Below, piece by piece: positions 28,801-41,838 of a stretch of DNA of 64,000 bases. Location: assembly GCA_002269645.1 (NCBI GenBank), contig NIVC01002455.1, positions 62,001 to 126,000 of the forward strand. The letters are read 5' to 3'. Every line of letters begins with the position of its first letter. The stretch's first letter is position 1. A model generated the notes under the pieces. That model was not told the origin of the DNA. It ran no database searches and saw nothing but the letters and a program-made list of their open reading frames with translations. This DNA comes from Macrostomum lignano. Its lineage: Eukaryota. Made by a program: the position numbers and the translations under genes.

Positions 28801-28901
28801 CTTCGGGATCGGGAGCGATTGTCCTTCAGGTGGCGCTTGGCGGATTGCAACTGCCAGTCCTGCTGCGTCTCGGAACTTGACAGCCAGGGCAGCTCCACCA
28901 T
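18493..28901 (-). CDS. GLIPR2-like: Triple CAP/SCP-domain protein of GAPR-1/GLIPR2 type (14 exons, 2925 nt, 974 aa)
   Basis: Exons: 28901-28562, 27460-27384, 26900-26669, 24812-24735, 24621-24451, 24315-23810, 23564-23333, 22505-22428, 22176-22021, 21279-20975, 20275-20044, 19954-19880, 19309-19157, 18782-18493. All are GT-AG with compatible phases and the total is divisible by 3. The motifs HNE[YF]R, GEN[VI]A, WYxE, [GS]HF[TA]Q[VL]VW and GRYRPxGN each occur three times. AATAAA on the minus strand at 18398-18403 and 18300-18305. The first two and last exons are less certain than the CAP exons. Confidence 0.88.
18835..19075. repeat. (TAGG)n microsatellite
   Basis: GGTA tandem run in the last intron of the CAP gene. 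Confidence 0.95.
19368..19845. repeat. 16-bp minisatellite (CTCAAACTGTCACATC), about 30 near-perfect copies
   Basis: Directly visible in CAP intron 12. Explains ORFs 19305-20279 and 19348-19893. Confidence 0.98.
20355..20662 (+). mobile_element. tRNA-headed SINE, family B (copy 1)
   Basis: GGCAGAGCAGCGCGGTGG...GGTTCGATTCC head, body TTGGGGCTTGTGTGTGCAC...TGAGGGCCAAC...CCGCTGTACAC and a CAA-rich tail. Matches reverse-strand copies at 28112-28434 and 27003-27298. Confidence 0.8.
22726..22995. repeat. (GA)n grading into (GAGAGG)n
   Basis: Directly visible in a CAP intron. Confidence 0.97.
24971..25474 (+). repeat. 19-20 bp minisatellite GGGGG(G)TTGTAGCCTAGCA, about 26 copies, derived from the SINE A 5' end
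   Basis: The unit equals the first 16 nt of the SINE A head that follows at 25475 (GGGGGTTGTAGCCTAGTGG) plus a short linker. Confidence 0.95.
25475..25778 (+). mobile_element. SINE family A (copy 3)
   Basis: Nearly identical to 10127-10437; A/B boxes, CORE-like body and (TTA)-rich tail. Confidence 0.9.
25928..26588 (-). mobile_element. Non-autonomous hAT-type MITE with an expanded internal CT-rich minisatellite
   Basis: Begins CAGGGG and ends CCCTG. Flanks CTGTAGAC and CTGTAAAC are a 7/8 match (8-bp TSD). Internal CTTCTCAGCGCTCT and CCGCAGTCATGC...AGGTAAAAAA match the reverse complement of 48368-48564. The interior is about 14-bp CTCATCTCCCTTCT repeats. Confidence 0.75.
27003..27298 (-). 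mobile_element. SINE with a family B 3' body but a different head
   Basis: Minus strand GGGCCGTAGCCTAGAGG...GGCTCGATTCC head. The 3' half (TGAGGGCCAAC...CCGCTGTACAC...TGTGTGAG) matches family B. Confidence 0.7.
27973..28094. repeat. 28-bp minisatellite (CTCTGGCGCAAAACAGAACCCTGGGGAA), about 4.4 copies
   Basis: Directly visible next to the 3' end of the SINE B copy. Confidence 0.95.
28112..28434 (-). mobile_element. SINE family B (copy 2)
   Basis: The reverse complement aligns along the whole of 20355-20662, including the B box GGTTCGATTC. Confidence 0.8.
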
Positions 28902-31807
28902 CTAACCTGGCTAGCGAGAAGTACAAATTATTGTGATAAAAATCATCTGATTCTTAGCTCCAGAGTTTTCCAGATTGCTAATCCAAAATCAAATGTTCCT
29001 GAATCTAACTCAGGTGTAAAAGGTTTATTATTATATTGATGCAGGATTCATAACTTACACAGTTACGGTCGCGTTTTTCTGTTGTCCTCAGATTGGAACG
29101 ATATGTGCAGAACTTATCTGAGTTGGCTGACATGAGATGCTAAATGTAATAGCATTCCCAAAAATAATTCAGCTGAGCAGTCTGTCCTCAACCATTGATT
29201 TGAGTTTTTAAGGAAACAAAACCACTGCTGCATAATACAAAAATGCTTATTCTATGGTCTGGACTGCAGGTCTTGAAGAGCTTGAAAGCTTGGAATAATA
29301 AATCTATCGTATACTCGATTATATATGCTCTTACTACACGTGTTATGTGTATGAAACTTGACAGAAGTATGCGAAATTAAAAACCGTTATTTTTGTGCGT
29401 CACATGATCGATGTCTATACCGATACATACATGTGAGTGTAAAAACCAAGAGTGCCACTTAAGAGATACTGCAGCAGTACATGTATGTCTCTTGCATACA
29501 AATCCATTAATTTAACTGTTTTATCAATTTTCATTCCGTTCAGTAGTCATAATGCCGTATTGATGTTTAGTTTTATCTAATGACAAAAACAGGATCGGTG
29601 GCAGAAGATATATATACATGCAATATGCATTTGTAGCTGCTATATGACGAATACCAGAATTCAAAAGAGTATTAGTTAGCTATTAGTATTTATTGCGCGA
29701 ATTAGTAGTCGTACAATGTAAAATTTGGAAGGAAGATTGTTACTACAATTGTCTTAAAACGTAAACATCGTGTAATTTTAGGGGGGGGGGGGCAATATCC
29801 TGAAAATATAGACAGTGGAGATAAGAAAATCACTTTTTGATGACAAAATTTATAATTGCAGCGAAGATTACCATTCCTTTAATCTAGAATGCACAATTAG
29901 GTTACTCTGTTGTATTGTATACAGTGGTGTAGTGAAAGTAAACTTTTCCAATTGTTTTCTTTTTATAAACCCAAACCCAAAGTTGACGTATACACATGTA
30001 CGTGTATGTATACTCCAGTAGGTGCTGATCTAATTTGAATCCAGTAGAATCCAGTAGTAGTAGTTTTTTAAATAGGATTTGTACGCTTTCCTTTCAGTGG
30101 GTCTTAATTTACGATTAATTTAGCGTACAATCGAAATCTGTCTCATTTCTACAAATATCAACGAAAGCGTATTTCACAACTTGATGAAACATCATTTTTA
30201 TATGCAACATGACAAGAACTTTGTATTTTTGCTATAGTTAGCTTCAATATTAAAATTATTATTTAACTTATTCTTAATAGTAAGACTGGTAACGACTTTT
30301 TGTTTAATTAATATAAAGCTACTCAAGACTATTTAAAGTTAGGTTTCGCTGAATGACCACATGCTATATACTATATACAATCGACTAACGGCACGCCAAT
30401 ATTGACAAGCTCAAACCAGTGCAAAAATACTCTTTTTTAGCCCGGTTCTAGTCTTTTTACGTAATTTCTTTCTTCACTTCTTCTGTAACAACGAAACAGA
30501 AAAATGAAGTGATTGCTCCAATTCACTAGTTTCTTCAAAGGCTTCAGTAAGAATATTTATCCTTTGCTTACAGAAGCAAAGAAGATATGAAACTGTAAGT
30601 ATTTATATATTTGTGTTTTTTAGCTAACATACCAGTTAGTAATAAAAGAATAAGCCTAAACATGGCCACCATTATTTCTAAAATTCTGTTTCTGAGGACA
30701 ATGTCATTGTATAGCTCAAGATAGCCTTTGAAATTCTACTACAGCTACATGTCATAAGTCATAATTGATTCTAGTGATGGTCAAAAGTCTGCTTTTTCAG
30801 ACTTTTTTTGCAGAAAGTTTTGCAGACTTGCAGACCATTGGTTAGTACCATGGGTGAAGGAATATTTTGGATTGCTTATCTAAAATAATCTATGGTCATT
30901 TTGGCCTGTGAAAACTATGAAAGGAAAAAATAATCCTATAGGCCCTATAATAGATAGGACTTAACTTGTTGCTGAGCTTTTAAGAATCCAAAAATGCATC
31001 TAACATACCTGATTCAATAGCAAATAAAATCTTACAGCCCAAGGGTTTTTTAACTTTTATCTGCCTATAGGTTTATAGCAAGGATAATTTCAAGTTTCAG
31101 ATGAGTAATCCATGGATTCTTTCATCTATAGTTAATGCTAAGTCCAATTAAATTCATTTAAATCACAATTTTATAATCACTCTATATTTCTATCTATAGG
31201 CCTATATAATGAAGACATTTTGTAGCATTGCCATTAGATAGATTTATATTTGTAGTTTTATTTATTGATTCTTTTTTAGTTTAAACAAGTATTTAAAATT
31301 AAATTTAAACAATATTTTTTGGAAACCCAATAGCCAAAAACAACTTACCTTTGCTATATAAGAAAGTATTAATAAATTTTAGATAATTTTGCAATATAGT
31401 AAAAATTAAATCAAAGAGTGATTTTTCTTATCTCTTACTTTTTTGTAAGCCATAATATCGCCCATAGTATATTAGATTTTCTTATAAAACTTATTTTTTG
31501 CAAATATATACATAGAAATTAAAAGTGAAATTTGTATGTCTACTTGTTGAACAATATTTATAGTGAATTTTTTAGATGGCTTGACCAAATATTTTAATTG
31601 GTTATATGATATCAATTGATAAAAATCATCTATATTTTTATCAAGGTGATGTCTGCCTTTGTCTTTAAGTTTTCTTGTTAGAGCTAGACATTTGTAATTA
31701 TTTGAATTATATTTTACATTGTTTGTGAATGTTCACTTTTTCTGCTCATTTAGATATTTGGTTATACATGACTGTCATTTTATCTTAATAAATTTTAGGG
31801 TGAAGAC

Positions 31808-34800
31808 ATGAAGAAACATGATGGGCTCCTGGCATTACTCATTCTGCTGTTCTGTCAGGCCTTAATTAGCAGCAATGCAATTAAAATTGCATCAGAGTAC
31901 AAGTTTTCTCAGCAGCACTACAATGCAACAGTGTTCAAGTTCAAGAACACGCCTGTCCAGCTGCAGCGGACACTCATCAGTTTAAAGACAGACAAGGCTG
32001 TCTCTTTCAGAGTAGCTGACGATAATTTCGTCAACTTCTTCATGCCATGGTCAGAGCATGTCGGCGGGGTCACATTCCTGCGTTTGCGCACGACCAACCT
32101 CGCTGCCAGCAGTCGAAATTTCACTGGCACCCTTGCTGTTCCAATCTCTGCCGAAATTGCTGGCGTTCCAACAGTTTCGCCTCGATGCATTCTCTATTTG
32201 AAGGTGTTGGCAGTCACCGAGCTGTGCCCATTCATTTCGGCAATCTCTTACACCTTTAGCATCGATTCCACCCAGAGTCTGTTCTCCACAATCGGTCACG
32301 TGCAGGTTGAAGTACCCTCCGGAGGCGAAACGTCGTACGTGCTCTACCTGCGGGACTTGTCTCCAGTGTTTACTCTGAATCCACACACCGGAGCCTTAGT
32401 ACTCACCAGCCGTCCGCTACAGAAAGAATACAAGCTTCGTGCTATTGTTGTCAATCCGAAGACGCGTAGCTGTCCGATTACAGAGAACTATAGTGATGTA
32501 CTGGTGACTGTCATAGTAAAAGATTTGGATAGGGTACCTGTGCAACAAATTACTGGTACCGTGAACGTCCTAAACCATGTGAATAATTTAGGCAAGGCTG
32601 GCAGTGTATTTGCGTGGCTTAATCTCACTGGAGCAAGCAATAGGTCTTCTGTTCAGATACTAAACAGCGAAGCTAACAACTACTTCGAATTTGTGCACAC
32701 CTCCGATTCTGCGTATCGACTGCAGCTGCGCAACGATTTCAGTTTTTCTCCCAGTGTGTCCCAGCGGCAATTCAACGTGAACTTTTCTGTTACTGATCCG
32801 GTTGATCAGGGCCAGCATTTTACGGGAAACTTCATTGTTAATCCTAACGATCGTAGTCTTCTTGGAATCGACCCCACTAACTTGGAATTTTTCGTATCCG
32901 TTCCAGAGTGTATGCCAGTTGGGTCTATTATCTTCCAGTTTCATTCTACTATCTATAATCAGACGCTGCCGCATATTAAATATCGCTACAACATGCTGCA
33001 AGGCAATTCTTACGTACATCTAGATGAAGACACGGGTGTCCTTGTTATCAAGTCGCCACTAGACGCTGAATCTGCTCCGAAGCTGTCTATATTTGCTCGA
33101 ATTCGCGATGCAGATAACCTAAGACGACTAATATTTCACACTCTCACAGTTGATGTGACTGACTGCAACGAATTCGCGCCCTCAATCGCGAACAATGCAA
33201 CAGTTCATTCCGTATCTGAGTCGGCAACGGTAGGAACTACGGTTTTAACGGTAGACGCTGATGATGCCGACGCCACACCGAGCGACTTGATCGTAAGCAT
33301 GGCTGAAAGTCCCGAAGTTCCCTTTGGCATTGTCGGGAAACGAATTGTGGTCAGTCGGTCTCTAGACTCAGAAACAATGGCCGCAAACTATACTCTCTAT
33401 GTGAGAGTCTCTGATCAGGGCCAGCCAATTCCAAGGGAATCACTAGCTATCTATTATGTCAATATTAATCCAGAAGACGAGTTTCGTCCGGAATTCGAGT
33501 CGGACTCTTGTGTTGTCGACCTATTGCGAAGCGATAAAAGCTTCGAGACAGGACATTTTCCAGCTCTGGATCTCGACTATCCATTTGCACCGGTGACTTA
33601 CAAAATCTTCGACGATCCTCTTGGTGGCAGATGTTTTACAATTAGTAGCACAACTGGCAATTTAAAACTAGTATGTGACCTAAATGGAGTGATAAATGAT
33701 CAAATTGTGCTCTCTATAGTTGCCACTGACCGTGCGGGTCGCGAGTCGCCAAAGTTGCGTGTGCGATTCAACATCTTAGACAATTTGCAGTTTTCTACCA
33801 AAAGAACGCGCTGTGTTCAGCACGTACGTAGTGTTACCGAATTATATGAGGCTAACAAAAAGGCGCGCAATAGTCACGAAGTGTCTGTTCAAATGTTTGA
33901 ATCATTACAGTCTCGGTCTTTTGGTGATCACTTGCCTAACCGGCCACCGTTGTTGAACTCCGTGCTGTCGTCGTTTTCTGTTCCAGAAAATATTGGAATC
34001 GGACAAACAGTGGCCAGTTTTTTTGCAGAGGATCAGGATCCTTATGGATCTTACAATGGTCGTCTGCAGTTTCGCATTGATTCTGGGAACATTGGCTACG
34101 CATTCAATGTTACTCAGAGGCTTGATAAGTTTTCAACTGATGAAACAGACGACAGTGAAGGCTCTAGGCGCGTCAGCTTAGTTGTTCTAAATGAATTAGA
34201 TAGAGAGAAACGTGAGACCTACATGCTTAACATTACTGTGTGCGATATGGGCGAGCCAAGTTATTGCTCCACATTATCTCACGTAATGATTCGCGTGTTA
34301 GACGTCAATGACAACTCGCCACTGCTTGAATCGCCAGTATTTGATGTCACTGTTCCCGAGGACACGCCGATTGGTACTGAGATTTGTCGATTTTCCGCTA
34401 CGGATCCTGACGCCGGTTCCAACGGAACTGTCCGATACAGCGTCAGCGATACGAACGCCTTTTCAATCAATTCAAACACTGGCGTCCTGCGCACAGCATC
34501 TCGAGACCTGCTAGATCGCGAGTCCGTCTCGGTATACGATCTTCTAGTGCGCGCGCACGACAGCGGGCAGCCCGAGCGCAGCTCGGAGCTGCACTTCCGT
34601 GTAAATATTGCCGACGAGAATGATCATGCGCCTACTTTCATCACGAAGAGTCCCGGTCCAAGTAGCAGCGAGAGACTGGCGTTAACTATCAGCGAGGACA
34701 TTCCTGTCAATTCTTTTCTGACTCGACTCATTGCCGTTGACAGCGACTATGGTGAAAACGGACGCATTGTGTACAGCCTGTCTGGCGTACCGAAAGTTCT

Positions 34801-37800
34801 GTCGCACTTTGTAATCGACCAGGACTCGGGCTGTCTGTACTTAGCCAAGCCTTTGTCGGCAGAGCTGTCGCCCTATCAATTGTTTGTGGACGCCAGAGAC
34901 TCTGCGATAGCGCCGAAGCGGAGCAGAATCTCTCTAAACATCAACGTTGTTGCAGCGGTGCCTCCGCCAGTTTATATAATCTTCTCCGAAGCTGTCTACT
35001 CATTTTCATTAAGTGAAGATGTAAGAGTTGGTACATCGGTGGGTCGCATTAATACTACAATTTATCCTAATATCGCCGCATCCGGCAGTATCACCGTTGG
35101 CTATGTTATCACGTCGGGTAGTGGACTTGGACGATTCACTATTGACCAGACTGGTGAGTTTTCATTGGAAGTTATTTGTGGCCTAGGAATTGCATTCCAG
35201 TGCGGCAAAGTGGGATAAGATGGAACACAGGTTATTTGCTCATTTTCTTTTCTGCTTAGACTGCCGTAGACCCTGCTCTGCTAAGCCCGCATGAGTCATG
35301 GGCGAGGAGAGCTAGCCGGGCCGCCCTCTTATGTCACGAGAGTCCCAGTTCCCCTAGGCCTAGCTAAACTCTTGTTCCCCACTCCTAGAGAGTCGCCCCG
35401 GCCCCCTTTTTGCTTTCCTATGGTCCCCTCTGCCAGATGTCTCTGTTAGACGAAGAAACGCACAGCTCGAGTAGCGGGGCAGAGAGGCGAGCTGTCCAGC
35501 CTGGGCAGTGATGAGGCATTATTGCGCGTGGCTGAAACAGGCAAAAGACTTAATACACAGCTGCTGGCTAGCTGAGCTCTTCCCTTGGCCTAATCGGCGT
35601 CGCTTCCGGGTTTTTCTTGTTGAAATGTTTGGTCTTCGTGCCTGTTTTAACTTTCAAACAAAAGCTGTGGCGCTAGTTTCTTTATCTATAATGCAGCTCT
35701 TTTGTTCTTTGCCGAGTGGCGCCTGCTATTAATGGCACAATAGCTTGAATTGACTCTAGAATAACACAGTTTTGTCCCCCCCCTCGGGGGTTAGTTGGAT
35801 ATAACAATCGGTAATAAGGACCAACGCAGATATGACAACTCGATGGCTTAAGCCCGAAGTAAATAGCGTTTGCTTGTTAGTCTCGGAGAACCTTAGAAAG
35901 CTGAATGAAATATGGGATCCTAATTCTCGGAGACCTGCTGCTTGGCTCTCCTGAGAGAATCGGATCGTGTCTGCAGGTGGGGCTTGAGGTCGAGCTTAAG
36001 CGAGCAATCGTGTATTGCTATCGGCTGTTTCGCCACGGCCCTGTATGTAACACGTGTGCAAGCGTGACCGCAGTGTGTAGATATGGTGGCGTGGGCGCAT
36101 GATTAAGTGGGGCTCCCTTCGTCCCTCTGAATTCAATAATTTGCAACAGGGCGCGGACAGCGTGTCGACTCTCTGCGGGTCTCTTAAGCCATCTATCCTT
36201 CATCATCCGGTACCCGGTGTTTTTTTGTGTTTCTTTTTCGATTTTGTCAGCAAAAAAATTTGCCTCAGTCAGTCTCACTGTACGTCTGATGCTTCGTTAA
36301 ATTCGTCATCATTCATCAATAATTTCATCTAACTCCACTCCACGGAAAAGTTTCTCTTGAACAGCAATAGCCAACCTATAGAGGAGGCCGCAGAGAGAAA
36401 AAATGGCGTGAGAGTGCATTTTGAAGAGAGGCGGCGAGTTTTGGTGGCTGTTGGTGTCCAGAATCGGTGTCTATTCACTCTCATCTGCGACTGCTATTTA
36501 TGAAAATACTGTACGATTCGAAATATTCGTATAAGGACTCGGATTTTTAGACGTATTCGCATACACAAAATTCAGATAAACGATTAGTAATTTAATTCAA
36601 AATCAAATATTGAGTGACAGGCTTTACTTTGTCAAACCAAAAAACTCTTAATTCTAAAAGCACTAAATTAATGCCCCCTAATTTTGTGTCTAAAGGCTTA
36701 GTTGGCAGGAAAACTCTTCCAGCTCTGCTTGCCCCTGGGTCTTTCTCATTACTAACCTGGAAAAAGACTGTGTTGCATGTCTCTTCTGCTTTCTACCTTC
36801 ACTAATTAACTATCGGTAGTTGCCGGAAGGAAAGCCTAGTAAAAACAGGCTGTATAATAATACTATAGAGAGCTTTTACACCTGTATTTTACCTACAGTT
36901 TGTAGCTAATATAAGTAAGCTCTCCTGTTTCGATACAATCTACGTAATAGTTAATTAAACCGTGTTCTTTGTTTCTTTTGCTACAATAGTTTCATAATAC
37001 GACTAAAATATTTGTTATGTTTTCATTGGACCTAGAAAAAATCCTACGTAAGTAAGTTCTCTTTATACAACCTCACATCTGTTTCTCCCAGCTACGTGCG
37101 TGAATCGCGTGCTTCAATTAGAAACGTATGGCGCTTAATTTCCTGTTAATGCTAAGCACCTCTTACCTAGTGCATTCCCATTTTGGTCTTAATTTTCCTA
37201 GGGGGTAATTCCCTTGACTACCCTTAAAAATATAAAAATAGTCCATGGTATAGGGCAAAAGCTAATGGGCGCTAAGGCTGATTATTGTCTATTTTTCATC
37301 CCCAAAAGAGCGCCCGAATTTTCTGTCGCTCTGCATGGCAAATGAAATCAGATCGACTGGATCTTGCACGTTAGCGCTGCGGCGTCTTTAGGGGGGGGGG
37401 GTCGGGTGGGTTAGGCGGGGCAGCCCAAGGGAAAGGGTAGTCAACACCGTTGCGGATTCCGCAAGGTTGTACCTCGTATAGCCGGCTGGCTTTGTACTTT
37501 TACTAAAGAAATTTCTACAGCACTTATTCGTTAGTCGGGTATACTGTATGTACTTTGCACAAAAAACGAAAGAAAAAGCAGCAAAAATAATCTACAAGTC
37601 CCATATTTTGGGCGTGGTTTAGAAAGTCCTTTTCTGCAGTTATTAGCGCAATTTTTCATTGATTGCATAAATCGATAAACATAAATTGTGATCTAATTAG
37701 ATGACGAGAAATTTTGTCATGGTTGCTCCCGCCGTTTACCCCGCCGCATAATGTTTTCGTCACGACTCACCAACAGGCGAGATTCGCACTAGAATTCCGC

Positions 37801-40800
37801 TGGACAGGGAGAGCCAGCCGGCCGGCTTGTGGCTCACAGTGCACGCCTATCTGCTGGCCGGCCAGACCGTGGTCACCCACGCCGAGGAGAAGATCTCAAT
37901 CTGCCAGGTGTACATCAACCTAGAGGATGTGAATGACTATCGACCGATGCCAACTGACCAGACGCACTACAGGCTGCAGCTGGTGGAGGCCGCTCCGGCC
38001 GGCACTGTACTGCTTAGCAGCATACCGGCTATGGACCAGGATCTGGGCGACAATGCCAGCATAGTTTATGCCATTACCGACGGCAATACTGCGGGACATT
38101 TTCGTATCGACCCTGAGACAGGTGAGAATATCTGAGCTTATCTCATTAGTACTAGTGTGAAAACTAGCACATAACTATGCAGCTGCTTGAAAAGGTGCTA
38201 ATTGTTTCGCTAATAATAAAACACCTGTCATAATTTTATAAGGCGTTTGTATATACTTTGCACGGCGTAAAGCTAAATTGTGTCCTATTGTGTCTCTCAC
38301 ACCTCTAGGCCGGTTGACAACAACAGAATTGGCAGTTGATCGCGAAGTAGCCGACCAATTCCTGCTGACTGTCAGCCTCGCTGACCGGGGCGCGCCGCCT
38401 CTCAGCACCGACCTGCTAGTGGAGATTGCCGTATCGGATTTAAACGATTCACCGCCTAAGTTTGTACGGCCGCTGTTCCAGGTCACGGCTATTGCTGACA
38501 GCTCAGCTGAGGGGACGTCAAACGGTGAGAGTTAATTGGATGATGCCGATGATGGCTCAAATGCGATCCTGCGCCATCCGCTCTACCTACTGCATTAATA
38601 ATTATTGGATTAAGTTAATTTAATCTGTCACAGATGCTTAGATGGGACTGGGAAATGATTTATCACTAGTAGGCTTTTTAGTTCCCTCTCTGGAACAGCT
38701 GATGCCCAACTTTTATTGCCATTGAGACATCTACTAAGCCGGTGGTAATACGCTAATTTAATAAGGAATGCCTCCATGCCACTCTATGGGGCCCTTTTAG
38801 TGCGCGTGTACTTTAAACATTTGCCTGCCGCCCTCAGATGACGAGCAAGTCCTGCTGACTCGCCTGCCAGCCGTCGACAAGGACCTGCTAGAGAATGCCA
38901 CCATTCTGTACTCGCTGCAGCCGTCTGGGTCCGGGGTTCGAATCTCTAAATCTACAGGCGAATTGAGCATCTCTCCCAGGCTGCTCAGATTAGATACTGG
39001 CGTCGGTTCCAATATGATGACATTCACCGTGGTTGCTAAGGACGCCGGCAGGCTGGAGCTGTCAGCGATGGCTTCTGTCAAGCTGACGATCGAGCAGCAG
39101 CAGCCGACTTTGCCGGAGCCCGACGCTGGCACAGCTGTCGACTTGTTTCAAATTGATGTCTCCGGCGGCGACGGCGCCGATGCGGTTGTCCGATTGTTCG
39201 ACAATCTGGCGCTGGAGGACAGCGTGCCGAGATTGTTGGTCACACCGGCTGTTACCATGGCAACTAAAATGCTGTTTACTCTCACTGGTGAGTTTGTGAA
39301 GATTTCTTATACCTATCTATACTGACATCTAATTCATTTTTTACCTGGCAGGCTATCCCATATTCCAAAGCATAGTCTATCCCATATTCCAAAGCATAGT
39401 CTATCCCATATTCCAAAGCATAGTCTATCCCATATTCCAAAGCATAGTCTATCCCATAATCCAAAGCAAAGTCTATCCCATATTCCAAAGCATAGTCTAT
39501 CCCATATTCCAAAGCATAGTCTATCCCATATTCCAAAGCATAGTCTATCCCATATTCCAAAGCATAGTCTATCCCATATTCCAAAGCATAGTCTATCCCA
39601 TATTCCAAAGCATAGTCTATCCCATATTCCAAAGCATAGTCTATCCCATATTCCAAAGCATAGTCTATCCCATATTCCAAAGCATAGTCTATCCCATATT
39701 CCAAAGCATAGTCTATCCCATATTCCAAAGCATAGTCTATCCCATATTCCAAAGCATAGTCTATCCCATATTCCAAAGCATAGTCTATCCCATATTCCAA
39801 AGCATAGTCTATCCCATATTCCAAAGCATAGTCTATCCCATAATCCAAAGCATAGTCTATCCCATATTCCAAAGCATAGTCTATCCCATATTCCAAAGCA
39901 TAGTCTATCCCATAATCCAACACATAGTCTATCCCATATTCCAAAGCATAGTCTATCCCATAATCCAACACATAGTCTATCCCTTATTCAACCACATCGT
40001 CTAACAAAGCTTCATATTCATTCTCTACTCTGTATATGTAGTTGAAATTATACTCAAAAATACTCGTATTTGCGCCTATTATATTTTATTATATAGTATA
40101 TCACAGTGTACGGTATTTTCAGTAGCTGTTATTTAATGTGCAAGCTTAGGGTAATCCAGCACTCTAGCTAGCCATAAAGTTATGTTTTATGCGAATTTTC
40201 ATCGTTCAGTTACACAATAGAAAGCTGTGGCCGTTTCTTAGCCAGCTGCCCAATGCGCTAGCCTAAGACCATTCATTCATTCGTCTGCTCCATCGCGCTT
40301 TGCAGGCCGGGGCAGCGAAGATTTCTACATGCCGCAGGCTGGCGGCCGGCTGCAGCTCATCAGGCGGCTCAGCCACGCCCGTCAGGCGGTTTACAATCTC
40401 ACTGTTGGCGCCAGACTCGGTGCTCGCTTGCAGACCAAATCGGTGAGATTGATGCGTTACCTGAGTTGATTATTTGAGAATGTTTGAAAATTCCCAGATA
40501 AAGGGCATGGGAGAATTTGGGGTCTGGCCGGATGACCTGGATGTTGCCTGAGCCACTGATAGTGTCCCACAGAAAGCATTGATAACCTTTAACACCTGAG
40601 CCACTGATAATGTCCCACAGAAAGCATTGATAACCTTTAACACCTGAGGCACTGATAGTGTCCCACAGAAAGCATTGATAACCTTTAACACCTGAGGCAC
40701 TGATAGTGTCCCACTGAAGGCATTGATAACCTTTAACACCTGAGCCACTGATAGTGTCCCACAGAAAGCATTGATAACCTTTAACACCTGAGCCACTGAT

Positions 40801-41801
40801 AATGTCCCACAGAAAGCATTGATAACCTTTAACACCTGAGGCACTGATAGTGTCCCACAGAAAGCATTGATAACCTTTAACACCTGAGGCACTGATAGTG
40901 TCCCACTGAAGGCATTGATAACCTTTAACACCTGAGCCACTGATAGTGTCCCACTGAAGGCATTGATAACCTTTAACACCTGAGCCACTGATAGTGTCCC
41001 ACTGAAGGAAGTGACCTTTAGGAGATCAGGAGAAATCCAAGAGTGCTGCATGGTGCTATCAGCTGCAGGTAGTGAGTGAGTCAGTAAAATTCATCCCAGT
41101 GTGTCAGACACCCCCTTCCCTGTGCCATTCTGCTCGTGGATTTCGTTGGTCCGACCTGAATAGCGCGCAATGTCTCTATTCTGCGCATATTTGCTTTTTA
41201 TTATATGAAAGCGTTGCCGCATTGCCTTAGCTATAGACCAGGATAGTGCTATAGACCAGCTATAGGTGGTAGCATAGGTAAAGCACTCGAACTGCCTTAT
41301 AAAGGCATTCGATAGGCTTAGGATATAGTAGATTCGGAATACAATCTAGTCAGCCCAAGGTGAAATCGAATTGCGCCGCGGCGGTCTGGTGGCGTAGGGC
41401 GAGACTGGGGAGGATGGGTGGAGAGATAGGGGGGGGGACAATTAAATAAGGCGTAAGGATAAGCAGATAGGGAATGGATTGAATTTGAGTGCAATGCTAC
41501 ATTATATATGCTGCGTCCAGTGGAGAGGGGGGTTGAAAGTTCTCTGCCGATTTTTTCATTTTAAGTAGCGATTTCTTTTCCGTGCGTGTGTTTATATTGT
41601 AGCTGTATAGCTATGTGGCGTATCCTATCTGCCGGCGCTGGTTACAAGGAAAGGCATTCTGTCTAAGTGGGGCTGTAGGCTAAACTTGTGATAAAAAGGG
41701 ACACTAAAAGATGAAGGAGAGATTAGTAGGAATAAACAAAAAAGCTGGAGTAGGGAGAAGGACAGGCATACAGACAGATCGAAGTAGGGAAACAGACAGG
41801 C

Positions 41802-41838
<37 letters not shown>

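Noticed and set aside
30772-30850. TAGTGATGG start resembling a hAT terminal repeat
   Set aside because: I found no matching opposite end or TSD in the window.
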